The notes beneath the pieces are model-generated. The model was given only the letters and a program-made list of their open reading frames with translations. It was not told the DNA's origin and made no database searches. From the human T2T-CHM13v2.0 reference genome, Homo sapiens: 64,000 nucleotides of DNA. Shown piece after piece: positions 46,101-60,900 of this stretch. The stretch lies in the NCBI RefSeq assembly GCF_009914755.1, contig NC_060946.1. The stretch is one strand, 5' to 3'. The translations under genes and the position numbers were made by a program. Each line of letters opens with the position of its first letter. The first letter of the stretch is position 1.

Positions 46101-49100
46101 ATGGAATGGAATGGAATGGAAAGGAATGGAATGGAATGGAATGGAATGCAATGTAACGGCATGGAATGGAATGGAATGGAGTGGAATCAACCCGAGTGGA
46201 ATGGACTGTAATGGAATGGAATGGAATGGAGTGGAATAAACACAAGTGGAAAGGAATGGAATGGAATCAAACTGGGTGGAATGGAATGGAATGGAAAGCA
46301 ATGGAATGTAATGCAGTGGAAGGCATTAGAATCAACTGGAATGGAATGGAGTGGAATGGAATGGAATCAACGCCAGTGGAATGGATTGGAATGGAATGGA
46401 TAATAATGGAGTGGAAGGGAATCAATCCGGGTGGAATGGAATGGAATGGAATGCAATGGAATGAAATGGAATCAACTCGAGTGGAATGAAATGTAACGTA
46501 ATGTAATGTAATGGAATGGAATAGAATGGAATCAATTCGAGTGCAATATAATGGTATAGAATGGAATGGAATGGAATGGAATGGAATGGAATGGAATGGA
46601 ATGGAATCAACCAGAGTGGAATGGAATGGAAAGGAATGGAATGGAATGGAATGGAATGGAATGGAATGGAATGGAATGGAATGGAACGGCATGGAATGGA
46701 ATGGAATGGAGTGGAATCAACCCGAGTGGAATGGAGTGGAATGGACTGTAATGGCATAGAATGGAATGGAATGGAATGGAGTGGAATAAACACAAGTGGA
46801 ATGGAATGGAATGGAATGGACTGGAATCAACCAGAGTGCAATGGAATGAAATAGAATGGAATGGAATGGAATGGAATGAAATAAACACGAGCAGAATGGA
46901 ATGGAATGGAATGGAATGGAATGGAAAGGAATGGAATGCAATGGAATCAACCCGAGTGGAATGGAATGGAATGGAATGGAATGGAATGCAATGGAATGGA
47001 AAGGAATGGAATGTAATGGAATTCAATGGAATGGAATGTACAGGAATGGAATGGAATGGAATGGAATGGAATGCAATGGAGTGGAATGGCCTAGAATGGA
47101 ATGGACTGGAATGAAATCAACCCGATTGGAATGGATTGGAATGCAATGGAATGGAATGGAATCAACTGGAAAGGAATGAAATGGAACGGAATGGAATAGA
47201 ATGGAATGGATTGGAATGGAATGGAATGGATTCAACCCGAGTGGAATGGAATGGAATAGAATGGAATAAACATGAGTGGGATGGAATGGAATGGAATGGA
47301 ATGGAATGGAATCAACTCGAGTGGAATGAAATGTAATGTAATGGAATGGAATGGAATTGAATGGAATAAACACGAGTGGAATGGAATGGAATGGAATGGA
47401 ATGGAATAGAATAGAGTCAATTCAAGTGCAATGGAATGGTATACAATGGAATCGAATGGAATGGAATCAACCAGAGTGGAATGGAATGGAAAGGAATGGA
47501 ATGGAATGGAATGGAATGGAATGGAATGGAATGTAACGGCATGCAATGGAATGGAATGGAGTGGATTCAACCCGAGTGGAATGGAGTGGATTGGACTGTA
47601 ACGGCATGGAATGGAATGGAATGGAGTGGAATAAACACGAGTGGAATGGAATGGAATGGAATGGACTGGAATCAACCCGAGTGCAATGGAATGGAATACA
47701 ATGGAATGGAATGGAATGGAATGAAATAAACACGAGTGGAATGGAATGGAATGGAATGGAATGGAATGGAATGGAAAGGAATGGAAGAGAATGGAATGGA
47801 ATCAACTCGAGTGGAAAGGAATGAAATGGAAAGGAATGGAATGGAATGGAAAGGAATGTAATGCAATGGAATGCAGTGTTATGGAATGGAATCAACCCGA
47901 GTGGAATGGAATGGAATGGAATGGAATGGAATGGAATGGAATGGAATGCAATGGAATGGAATGGAATGGAATGGAATCAACCCGAGTGGAATGGAATGGA
48001 ATGGAATCAAACTGAGTGGAATGGAATGGAATGGAATGGAATGGAATGGAGTGGAAGGCATTAGAATCACCTGGAATGGAATGGAATGGAATGGAATGGA
48101 ATGGAATCAACCCGAGTGGAATGGAATGGAATGGAATCAAACTGAGTGGAATGGAATGGAATGCAATGGAATGGAATGGAATGGAATGGAATCAACCACA
48201 GTGGAATGGAATGGAATGGAATGGATTATAATAGAATGGAATGGAATCAATCCGGGTGGAATGGAATGGAATGGAATGGAATGGAATGGAATGGAATGGA
48301 ATCAACCCGAGTGGAATGGAATGGAATGGAATCAAACTGAGTGGAATGGAATGGAATGCAATGGAATGGAATGGAATGGAATGGAATCAACCACAGTGGA
48401 ATGGAATGGAATGGAATGGATTATAATAGAATGGAATGGAATCAATCCGGGTGGAATGGAATGGAATGGAATGGAATGGAATGGAATGGAATGGAATGGA
48501 ATCAACTCGAGTGGAATGACATGTGACGTAATGGAATGGAATGGAATGGAATGGAACACAATGGAATCAATTCGAGTGCCATGTAATGGTATAGAATGGA
48601 ATGGAATGGAATGGAATGGAATGGAATCATCCAGAGTGGAATGGAATGGAATGGAATGGAATGGAATGGAATGGAATGGAATGGAATGGAATGCAACAGA
48701 ATCAACTGGAATGGAATGGAATGGATTATAATGGAATGGAATGGAATCAATCCGGGTGGAATGGAATGGAATGGAATGGAATTCAATGTAATGGAAACAA
48801 ACCGAGAGGAATATAATGGAATGGAAAGGACTGGAATGTAATGGAATGGATTGGAATCAAACCGATTCCAATGCAACGGAATGGAATGGAATGGAATGGA
48901 AAGAAATCAACCCGAATGGAATAGATTGGAATAGAGTGGAATGGAATGGAATGGCATGGAATGCAATGAAATCAACTAGAATGGAATGGAATGGAATGGA
49001 ATGAACAGGAATGGAATGGAATGGAATGGAATGGAATGGAATGGAATGGAATGGAATGGAGTGGAATGGAATGGAATGGAATGAAATCAACCCGATTGGA

Positions 49101-49200
49101 ATGGAATGGAATGCAATGGAATGGAATGGAATCAACTGGAAAGGAATCAAATGGAACGGAATGGAATGGAATGGAATGGAATGGAATGGAATGGAATGAA
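34183..49200 (+). repeat. Rearranged or mosaic HSat3 HOR derivatives (~9-kb copy at 34183-43191 plus a partial copy)
   Basis: The same diagnostic cassettes appear in altered order and copy number. Private variants include ACTAGAGTGGAAACGAATGG (~37647, ~37911, ~45450) and GATTGGAGTCAAAT (~37105, ~44919). Confidence 0.75.
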
Positions 49201-51905
49201 TGGAAAGGAATGGAATGGAAACTAATGGAATGGAATGGAAAGGAAACAACCCGAGTGGAACGGAATGCAATGGAATGCAATGGAATGGAATGGAATTCAA
49301 TGTAATGGAAACAAACCGAGTGGAATGTAATGGAATGGAAAGGACTGGAATGTAATGGAATGGATTGGAATCAACCCGATTCCAAAGCAATGGAATGGAA
49401 TGGAATGGAATGGAATGGAATGGAAGGGAAGGGAATGGAATGGAATGGAAAGGAATGGAATGAACTGGAATGGAATGGAATGGAATGGAATTGAATATAA
49501 TTGAATGGAATGGAATCAACCCGAGTGGAGTGGAATGGAATGGAATGGAAATGAATGTAATCGAATGTAATGGAATGGAAACTAATGGAATGGAATGGAA
49601 ACAACCCGAGTGGAATGGAATGGAATGGAATGGACTGGAATCAACCCGAGTGCAATGGAATGGAATAGAATGGAATCGCATGGAATGGAATGAAATAAAC
49701 ACGAGTGGAATGGAATTTAATGGAATGGAATGGAATGGAATGGAATGGAATGGAATGGAATCAACCAGAGGGTAATGGAATGGAATGGAATGGAATGGAA
49801 TGGAATGGAATGGAATATAACGGCATGCAATGGAATGGAATGGAGTGGATTCAACCCGAGTGGAATGGAGTGGATTGGACTGTAACGGCATGGAATGGAA
49901 TGGAATGAAGTGGAATAAACACGAGTGGAATGGAATGGAATGGAATGGACTGGAATCAACTCGAGTGCAATGGAATGGAATAGAATGGAATGGAATGGAA
50001 TGGAATGAAATAAACACGAGTGGAATGGATTTTAATGGAATGGAATGGAATGGAATGGAATGCAATTGAATAAACTGGAATGTAATGCAATGGAATGGAA
50101 TGGGATGGAACGGAATCAACCTGAGTGGAAAGGAATGTAATGGAATGGAATGGAAACTAATGGAAAGGAATGGAAACATTCCGAGTGGAATGGAATGCAA
50201 TGGAATGGAATGGAATGGAATGGAAATGAACCGAGTGGAGTGGAATGGAATAGAATGGACTGGAATGAAAAGGAATGGATTGGAATCAACCCGATTCGAG
50301 TGCAATGGAATGGAATGGAATGGAATGGAATGGAATTGAATGGAATGGAAGGGAATGGAATGGAACGGAATGGAATAAAATCAACTGGAATGGAATGCAA
50401 TGGAATGGAATTTAATGGAATGGAACTGAACAGAATGGAATGGAATGGAATCAACCCGAGTGGAGTAGAATGGAATGGAATGGAGTGGAATGGAATGGAG
50501 TGGAATTGAATGGAATAGAATGGAATCAAACTGAGTGGAATGGAAATGAAAGAAATTGAAAGGAATGGAATGGAATGGAATGGAATGGAATGGAATGGAA
50601 TGGAATGGAATGGAATGGAATCAACCCGAGTGCAATGGAATTGTATGGAATGGAATGGAATGGAATGGAATAGAATGGAATGGAATGGAATAGCATTGAA
50701 TGGAATCAACACGAGTGGAATGGAATGGAATGGAATGGAATGGAATTCAATGGAATGGAATAAACCCGAATGGAATGGAATGGAAATGAATGAAGTTGAT
50801 TGGACTCAACCCGAGTCGAATGGAATGGAACAGAATGCAACGGAACGGAATGGAATGGAATCAAACCGAATGAAATGGAATAGAATGTAATATAATGGAA
50901 TGGAATGGAATGGAATGGAATCAACCCGAGTGGAATGCAATGGAATGGGATGGATTGGAAAGGAATGGAATGGAATTGAATGGAATGGAAAAGAATGGAA
51001 TGGAGTGGAATCAACCCGAGTGGAATGGAATGGAATGGAATGGAAAGGAATGGAATGCTATGGAATCAACCCTAGTGGAATGGTATGGAATGTTATGGAA
51101 TGGTATGGAATGGTATGGAATGGAATGGAATGGAATGGAATAAAATGGAATGGAATGGAATGGAATCAAACCGAGTGGAATGGAATGGAAAGGAATGCAA
51201 TGGAATGGAATGGAATGGAATAGAATGGAATGAAATGGAATCAACTGGAATGGAATGGAATGGAATGGAATGGAATGGAATGGAACAGAATGAACCTGAG
51301 TGGAATGGAATGGAATGGAGTGGAAACAAATGGAATGGAATGGAAACAACCCAAGAGGAATGGAATGCAATGGAATGGAATGGTATGGAATGGAATGGAA
51401 TTCAACAGAATGTAATAAACCCGAGTGGAATGCAATGGAATGGAAAGGAATGGAATGGAATGGAATGGAATGGAATCAACTCGAGTGGAATGGAATGGAA
51501 TGGAAGGGAATTGATTGGAATGGTAACTACCTAGTGGAATGGAATGGATTCGAATGGTATGGAATCAATCCCAGTGGAATGGAATGCAATGGAATGGAAT
51601 TGAATGGAATGGAATGGAATGAAATCAACCTGAGTGGAATGGAGTGATATAGAAGGGAATGCAATGGAATGGAATGGAATCAACCCGAGTGGAATGGAAT
51701 GGGTCGGAATGGAATGAACTAGAATGCAATGGAATGGAATGGAATGGAATGGAATGGAATCAACTGGAATGGAAGGTAATGGAATGAAATGAAATGGAAT
51801 GGATTCAACCTGAGCGGAATGGAATGCAATGAAATGGAATGGAATTGAATGAAATGGAATGGATTGGAAAAAACCCGAGTGGAATGGAATGGAAAGGAAT
51901 GAAAT
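49200..51905 (+). repeat. Diverged edge layer of the HSat3 array
   Basis: Visibly more substituted pentamers, unique variants (GGTAACTACCTAGTGG ~51522, GAGTGATATAGAAGG ~51642), extra phase slips at ~49198 and ~51530, and loss of HOR collinearity. Confidence 0.75.
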
Positions 51906-54900
51906 ATCAAAGTACAGAAACATATATTATATACTGTACATAAAATATCACAGCACCCAAACATATGTTATATACTGTACATAAAATATCAAACAACAAA
52001 AAAATATATACTGTACATAAAATATCAAAGTACCCAAACTATATATTATATACTGTGCATAAAATAGTAAACTATGCAAACTATATATTATATACTGTAC
52101 ATAAAATATCAAGTACCAAACTACATATTCTATAATGCACATAAAATATCAAGAAACCAAACTATATATTATATACTGTACATTAAATATCAAAGTACCC
52201 AAACTATATATTATATGCTGCACATAAATTATGAAAGTCCACCAAATATATATTATATGCTGTATATAAAATATCAAAGTACAACAAATATATATTATAT
52301 ACTGTACATAAAATATCAACGTACCCAAAATATATATTATATATTCTACAAAAAATATGAAAGTACCCAAAATATTTATTATATTCTGTAGATATAATAT
52401 CAAAGTACCAAAACTATATATTATATACAGTACATAAAATATCAAAGTACCCGAACAGTATATTATATAGTGTACATAAAATATCAAAGTACAAAAATAT
52501 ATATGGTATACTGTAAAAAAATATCAAAGTTCAAAAATATATCTTCTATACTGTATATAAAATATCAAAGTACACCAAATATATATTCTATACTGTACAT
52601 AATGTATCAAAGTACCCAAACTATATGTTATATACTGTACATAAAATATCAAAGTAGTGAAACAATATACTATGTAATGTGCATAAAATATAAAAGTACC
52701 CAAACCGTACATTATATACTGTATATAAAATATCAAATAACCCAAACTTTATATTATATACTATACAAAAAATATTAATTTACCCATACTGTATATTACA
52801 TTCTGCACATATAATATCAAAGTACACAAACTGTATATTATATAATGCACATAAAATATCAAAGTACACAAACTATATATTATATATTGTACATAAAATA
52901 TCAAAGTACCCAAACTATATATTGTATACTGTACATAAAGTATGAAAGTACCCAAACTATATATTTTATACTGTATATAAAATATCAAAGTACACAAACT
53001 ATATATTATATACTGTACATAAAATATCAAAGTACACAAACTGTATATACTATACTGTACGTAAAATATGAAAATACACCAAACATATATTCTATACTGT
53101 ACATAAAAAATCAAAGTACACCTAATATCTATTCTATACCATACATAAAATATGAAAGTACACCAAATATATATTCTATACTGTACACAAAATATGAAAG
53201 TACACCAAATATAAATTCTATACTGTACTTAAAATAGGAAATTACACCAAATATATATTTTATGCTGTACATAAAATATCAAAGTACACCAAATATATTT
53301 TATATAGTGTTCATAAAATATCAAAATAGCCAAAATATATATTATATACTGAACATAAATTATCAAAGTTCACAAACTATATATTATAAACTCTACATAA
53401 AATATCAAGGAACACAAACTATTTATTATATACTGAACATAAAATTTCAAAGTACAAATCAATATATTATGTACTGTGCATAAAATATCAAAATACACAA
53501 ATGATATACTATATACTTTACATAAAATATCAAAGTACCCAAACTATATAGTCTATACTGTAAATAAAATCGCTAAGTACACCAAATATATATTCTTTTC
53601 CCTATATAAAATAGCAAATTTTACGAAATATATATTGTATACTGTACATAAAATATAAAATTACACCAAATATATATTGTATACGTATATAAAATATCAA
53701 AGGACAGTAAATATATATTATATACCTTACATAAAATATCAAAGTACACCAAATATATATTCTATACTGTACATAAAATATCAAAGTAACAAAAGTATAT
53801 ATTTTATAATTTACATAAAATATCAAAGTACCCATATTATATATTATATACTGTACATAAAATATCAAATTAACAAAGGTATATATTATATACTGTACAT
53901 AAAATATCAAAGTACAAAAAGTACATATGATGTACTGTACATAAAATATCAAGGTACCAAAAATATATATCATTTACTGTACCTAAAATATCAATGTACC
54001 CAAAGTTTATATTATGTACTGTACAAAAAATATCCAAGTACCCATACTATATAGTATATTCTGTACATAAAATATGAAAGTACACAAACTATATATTATA
54101 AAATGTACATAAAATATCAACGTACAAAAAACATATATTATATACTGTACATAAAATATCAAAGTACCGAAACTATATATTATATACTGTATATAAAATA
54201 TCACAGTACCCAAACTATATATTAAATACTGTATATAAAATATCAAAGTACCCAAACTATATATTATATACTGTACTTAAAATATCAAAGTACCGAAATT
54301 ACGTATTACATACTGAACATAAAATACCAAAGTATTCAAACTATATATTATATACCGGACATAAAACATCAAACTACCCAAACTATATATTATATACCGT
54401 ACATAAAATATCAAAGTACCCAAAATATATATTATATACCATACATAAAATATCAAAGTACCCAAACTATATATTATACACTGTACATAAAATATCCAAT
54501 TACCCAAAATATATATTTTGCACTGTACATAAAACATCAAAGTAGACCAAATATATATTATGTACTGAAAAAAAAACATCAAAGTACATAAAACGTATAT
54601 TATATACTGTACATAAAATATCAAAGTACATCAAGTGTATATTTACACTGTAGATAATGTATCAAAGTACTCAAATTATATATTAAATACTGTACATAAA
54701 ATATCAAATTATGCAAAATATATATTAAATACTGTAAGTAAAATATAAAAGTACCAAAACAATAAATTATATACACTGCATAAAATATGTAAGTAAACCA
54801 AATATATATTATATACTGTACATAAAATATCAAAGTACACGAAATGTATATTATATACTGTACATAAAATATCAAAGTACACCAAATATACATTATATAC

Positions 54901-57900
54901 TGTACACAAAATATCAAAATACACCTATTATATATTATACACTCTACATGAAATGTCTAAGTACAGCAAATATATATTATATACTGTACATAAAATACCA
55001 AACTGCCCGAAATATATATGATATACTGTACATAAAATATCAAGGTACAAAAACTATATATTATACACTGTACATAAAATATCAATGTACACAAAGTATA
55101 TATTCCATACTGTACCTAAAATAATAAAGTACCCAAAATATATATTTTATAGTGTTCATAAAATATCAAAGTACCCAAAATATATATTATACTCTGTACT
55201 TAAAATATCAAACTACCTAAACTATATGTTATATACTGTACATAAAATATCAAATTACACAAACTATATATTATATACTGTACATAAAATATCAAATTAC
55301 ACAAAGTATATATTGTATGCTGTACATAAGATATTAAAGTACCAAAAATATATATTATATGCTGTACAGAAAATATCAAATTTCCCATATATATATTATA
55401 TACGGTACATAAAATATCAAAGTACCCAAAAAATATATTATATACAATACATAAAATATCAAATACACCAAATATATATTATAGGCTGTACATAAAACAT
55501 CAAATTACACCAAATATATATTACATGCTGTACATAAAATATCACAGTACTCAAAATATATATTGTATACTGTACAAAAAAAATCAAAGTACCCAAAATG
55601 TATATTATATACTGTACATCAAATATGAAAGTAACCAAAGTATATATTACATACTGTACATCAAAAATCAAGGTACATATACTATATATTATATACTGTA
55701 CATAAAATATCAAAGTACCAAAGCTATAAATTATATAATGTACATTAAATATCAAAGTAATCAAACTATATATCATATACTGTACCTAAAATATCAAAGT
55801 ACACAAAATATGTACTCTATACTCTACAGAAAATATCAAAGTACACAAACTATATATTATATCATGTACATAATATGTCAAAGTAGACAAACTATGTATT
55901 ATATACTGTACATAAAATATCAAAATACACCAAGTATATATTATATACAACACAAAAAATATAAAAGTACCCAAAGTATATATTATATACTGTACATAAA
56001 ATATCAAAGTACAAAAACTATAAATTATATACTGTACAAAAAATTTTAAGTACACCAAATATATATAATATAGTATACCTAAAATATCAAAGTACCCAAA
56101 CTATATATTTTATACTGTACATAAAATATCAAAGTACCCAAACTATATATTATATACTGTACATAAAATATCAAAGTACACCAAATACATATTATGTACT
56201 ATACATAAAATATCAAAGAAAACCAAATATATATTATAAGCTGTACATAAAATATCAAAGAACCCAATCAATATATTATATAATTTACATAAAATATCAA
56301 AGTAACCAACTATATGTTATATACTGTACATAAAATATGAAAGTACCGAAACTATATATTATATACTGTATATTAAGTATCAAATACGCAAAACATATAT
56401 TATACACTGTATATAAAATATCAGTAACCTAAATATATATTATATACTATAAATATATCAAAGTACCCCAAATATATATTATAAGCTGTACATAAAATAT
56501 CAAAGTACACCAAATATATACTCTATACTGTACATAAAATATGAAAGTACACCAAATATAAATTATACACTATACCAAAAATATCAAAGTACACCAATAT
56601 ATATTACAAAATACAAATAAATTATCAATGTACACCAATTATATCGTATATACTCTACATGAAATAACCAAATACAGCAAATATTAATTAAACAGTGTAC
56701 ATAAAATATAAAAGTACACCAAATATATATTATATACTGTACATAAAATATCATATACCCAAAGATATATTATATACTGTACATAAAATATCAAAGTACC
56801 GAAAATACATATTTTATACTATACATAAAATATCACAGTACACCAAATATATATTATATACTGTACATAAAATATGAAAGAACACGTAATATATATTATA
56901 TACTGTACATAAGAAATCAAAGTTCATGAAATGTGTTATATACTGTACATCAAATATGAAAGTACACCAAATATATATTATACGCTGTACCTAAAAGCAA
57001 AATACACCGAATATATATTATATACTGTACATAAAATATCAAAATACACCAATTATATATTATACACTATACAGAAAATATCAACGTACACCAAATATAT
57101 ATTATATACAGTACATAAAATATCAAAGTACACCAAATATATATAATATATTGTACATAAAATGTCAAAGTACACCAAATATATATTATATACTGTACAT
57201 AAAAATAGAAAGTACACCAAATATGTATTATATACTGTACATAAAATATCAAAGTACACCAAATATATATAATATACTGTACATAAAATACCAAAGTAAA
57301 CCCAATACATATTTTATGCTGTACATAAATATGAAAGTACACAAAATATATATTATATACAGTATATAAAGTATTAACGTACACCAAAAACATATTATGT
57401 ACTGTACATAAAATTAAATACACCAAATACATTTTATATACTAGACCTAAAGTATCAAAAGTTACTCTAGATAAATATTATGTATTTTACGTAAAATAGC
57501 AAATATTACACCAAATATATATTATATTCTGCCCAAAAAATACCAAAAATTACACCAAATACATACTATATACTGTACATAAAATATCAAATAGTACACC
57601 AAATACATATAACGTACTGTACGTAAAATATCAAAAAGTACACCAAATACATATTATGTACTGTATATAAAATATCAAAGAACACAAAATATATATCATA
57701 TTGTGTAAATAAAAAATCAAGTTACACAATACATATATACTGTAGATAAAATATCAAATTACTCAAAATACATATTATGTACTGTACATAAAATATCAAA
57801 GTAAAGTAAAAACATATTATATACTGTGTATAAATATCAAAGTACACCGAATACATATTATATACTGTACATAAAATATCAAAAGTACACCAAATACATG

Positions 57901-60900
57901 TTATATACTTTACATAAAATATCTAAGTACACCAAATTCATATTATATACTGTACATAAAATATGAAAGTAAACCAAATGCATATTATATACTACACAAA
58001 AAAATTGAAAGCACACCAAATTCATATTATATACTGTACATAAAATAACAAGGGACACAAAATAAGTATTATACACTGTACATAGAGTAACAAAGTACAC
58101 AAAATACATATTATACACTGTACATAACATATCAATGTACACAAAATACAAATTATATACTGTACATAAAATATAAACTATACCAAAAACATATTCTATA
58201 CTGTACATAAAATATCAAAGTACACAAAATACACATTATATACTTTACATAGTTTATCAAAGTACACAAAATACATCTAAAATGTACATAAAATGTCAAA
58301 GTTACACAAAATACATATTATATACCATAGATAAAATATCAAAGTACACAAAATACATATGATATACAGTACACAGAATATAAAAGTACACCAAATACAT
58401 ATTATATGCTGTACATAAGATATCAAAAAGTGCACAGAATTCATAATATATACTGTATATAAAATATCAGAGTACACTAAATACATATTATATACTCTAC
58501 ATAAAATATAAAAGTATACAGAATACATATTATATACTGTACATAAAATATGAAAGTACACAAAATACATATTATATACTGTACATAAAATATCAAACAG
58601 TACACCAAATACATCCTATATACTGTTCATAAAGTATCAAAAATTACACCAAATACATATTGTATAGTGAACATAAAGTATAAAAAGGACACCAAATACA
58701 TATTATATACTCTACATATAATATCAAAATGTACAACAAATACATATTATATAATCTCCATAAAATATCAAAGTACAAAAAATACATGTGTTGTGTGCAT
58801 AAAATATCAAGTTACACAAAATACTTATGATATACTGTACAGAAAATATCAAAGTACACAGAATACATATTATATACTGTACATAAAATATCAAAGTACA
58901 CAAAATACATATTATATACTGTATATAAGATATCAAACAGTACACCAAATACTTATTATATACTGTACATAATATATCAAACAGTACACCATATACATAT
59001 TATATACTGTACATAAAGTATAAAAAATTACACCAAATACATATTATATACTGTACATATATCAAAATGTGCACCAAATACATAATCTATACTGTACATA
59101 AAATATCAAAATGTACACCAAATACATATTATATACTGTTCATAAAATATCAAAAACTACACCAAATTCATAGTATATACTTTACATAATATATCAAAGT
59201 ACAAAAAATACATATTATATTGTGTACAGAAAATATAAAGGTACACAAAATACTTATTATATACTCTACATAAAATATCAGATTTCACAAAATACATATT
59301 GTATACCGCACAAAAAATATCAAAGTACACTAAATACATATTTTACACTGTATATAAAATATCAAAGTACAACAAATACATATTAGGCACTCTACATAAA
59401 ATATAAAATTACACAAAATACGTATTATATACTGTACATAAAATATAAAATACACAAAAAATATATTATATACTCTACATAAAATATCAAATAGTACACC
59501 AAATACATATTATATACTGTACATAATGTATCAAAAGGTACACCAAATACTTATTATATACTGTACATAAAGTATCAAAAAGTACACCAAACACATATTA
59601 TATAATGTATATAAAATATCAAAAAGTATACCAAATACATATTATATACTGTAAATAAATTATCCAAAAGTACACCAAATACACATTATATACTGTATAT
59701 AAAATATCAAAATGTATACCAAATACATATTTTATACTGTATATAAAATATCAAAAATTACACCAAATACATATTACATACTGTACATAAAATATCAAAA
59801 AGTACACCAAATACATGTAATACGCCGTACATAAAAAATCTTAAAGTACACCAAATACATATTATATACTGTACATAGAATATCAAAGTTCACAAAATAC
59901 ACATTATATACCGCACATAAAATATCAAAGGACAGTAAATACATATTTTACACTGTACATAAAATATCAAACTACAACAAATACATATTATGCACTGTAC
60001 ATAAAATATCAGAGTACACAAAAAACATATTATATACTGTACATAAAATAACAAAGTACACAAAATACATATTATATACTTTACGTAATATATCAAAGTA
60101 CACAAAATATATATATACTGTACATAATATGTGAAAGTTACACAAAATACATATTATATACCGTAGATAAAATATCAAAGTACACAAAATACATATTATA
60201 TACAGTACATAAAATATCAAAGTACACCAAATACATATTATATACTGTACATAAGATATCAAAAAGTACACAGAAATCATGATATATACTTTATATAAAA
60301 TATCAAAATACATCAAATACATATTATGTACTCTACATAAAGTATCAAAAAGTACACAATACATATTATATAATGTACATAAAATATCAAACAGTACACC
60401 AAATACATATTATATACTGTACATAAAGTATCAAAAGGTACACCAAATACATACTATATACTGTACATAATATATCAAAGTTCAAAAAATACATATTATA
60501 TTGTGTTCATAAAATATCAAGTACACAAAATACATATTATATACTGTACAGAAAATATCAAATAGTGTACCAAATATTTATTTTATATTATAAATAAAAT
60601 ACCAAATAGTACACCAAATATATATTACATTCTCTATATAAAATACCAAAATATACAACAAATACATATTATATACTGTACATATATTATCAATTACTAC
60701 ACGAAATACATATTATAAACTTTACCTAAAATATCAAAGTACAACGAATACATTTCATATACTGCACATAAAATATCAAATAGTACACCAAATACATGTT
60801 ATATACAGTACATAAAATATGAATGTACACAAAATACATATTATATACTGTACATAAAATATCGAAGTCCACAAAATACATATTATATACTGTACACAAA

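Larger units (their letters stand above)
1..51905 (+). repeat. Human Satellite III (HSat3/HSATIII) array, (GGAAT)n with interspersed CAACCCGAGT-like decamers; extends beyond the left window edge
   Basis: Continuous GGAAT pentamer runs on the + strand, interrupted by CAACCCGAGT, CAACTCGAGT, CAACCAGAGT and AAACACGAGT decamers. This is the classical satellite III signature. The CpG-rich CATTCGATTC-type units of HSat2 are not dominant. Confidence 0.97.

Noticed and set aside
1-51905. CRISPR-like appearance of a conserved CAACCCGAGT motif separated by variable-length tracts
   Set aside because: The intervening tracts are themselves GGAAT repeats rather than unique spacers. There are no cas genes and the context is eukaryotic satellite DNA.
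1-51905. Calling a SatIII lncRNA gene, HSF1 promoter or telomeric/G-quadruplex tract
   Set aside because: Stress-induced SatIII transcription is known mainly for other specific arrays and cannot be inferred from sequence alone. The nGAAn units here are tandem rather than canonical inverted heat-shock elements. There is no TTAGGG repeat and there are no regular GGG runs.
96-51923. Hundreds of ORFs encoding MEWNG-repeat (+) or IPFHS-repeat (-) peptides, up to 482 aa (48857-50305)
   Set aside because: Three GGAAT pentamers give 15 bp and 5 codons with no stop in any frame, so long ORFs are automatic. They overlap in all six frames and show no domain or gene structure.
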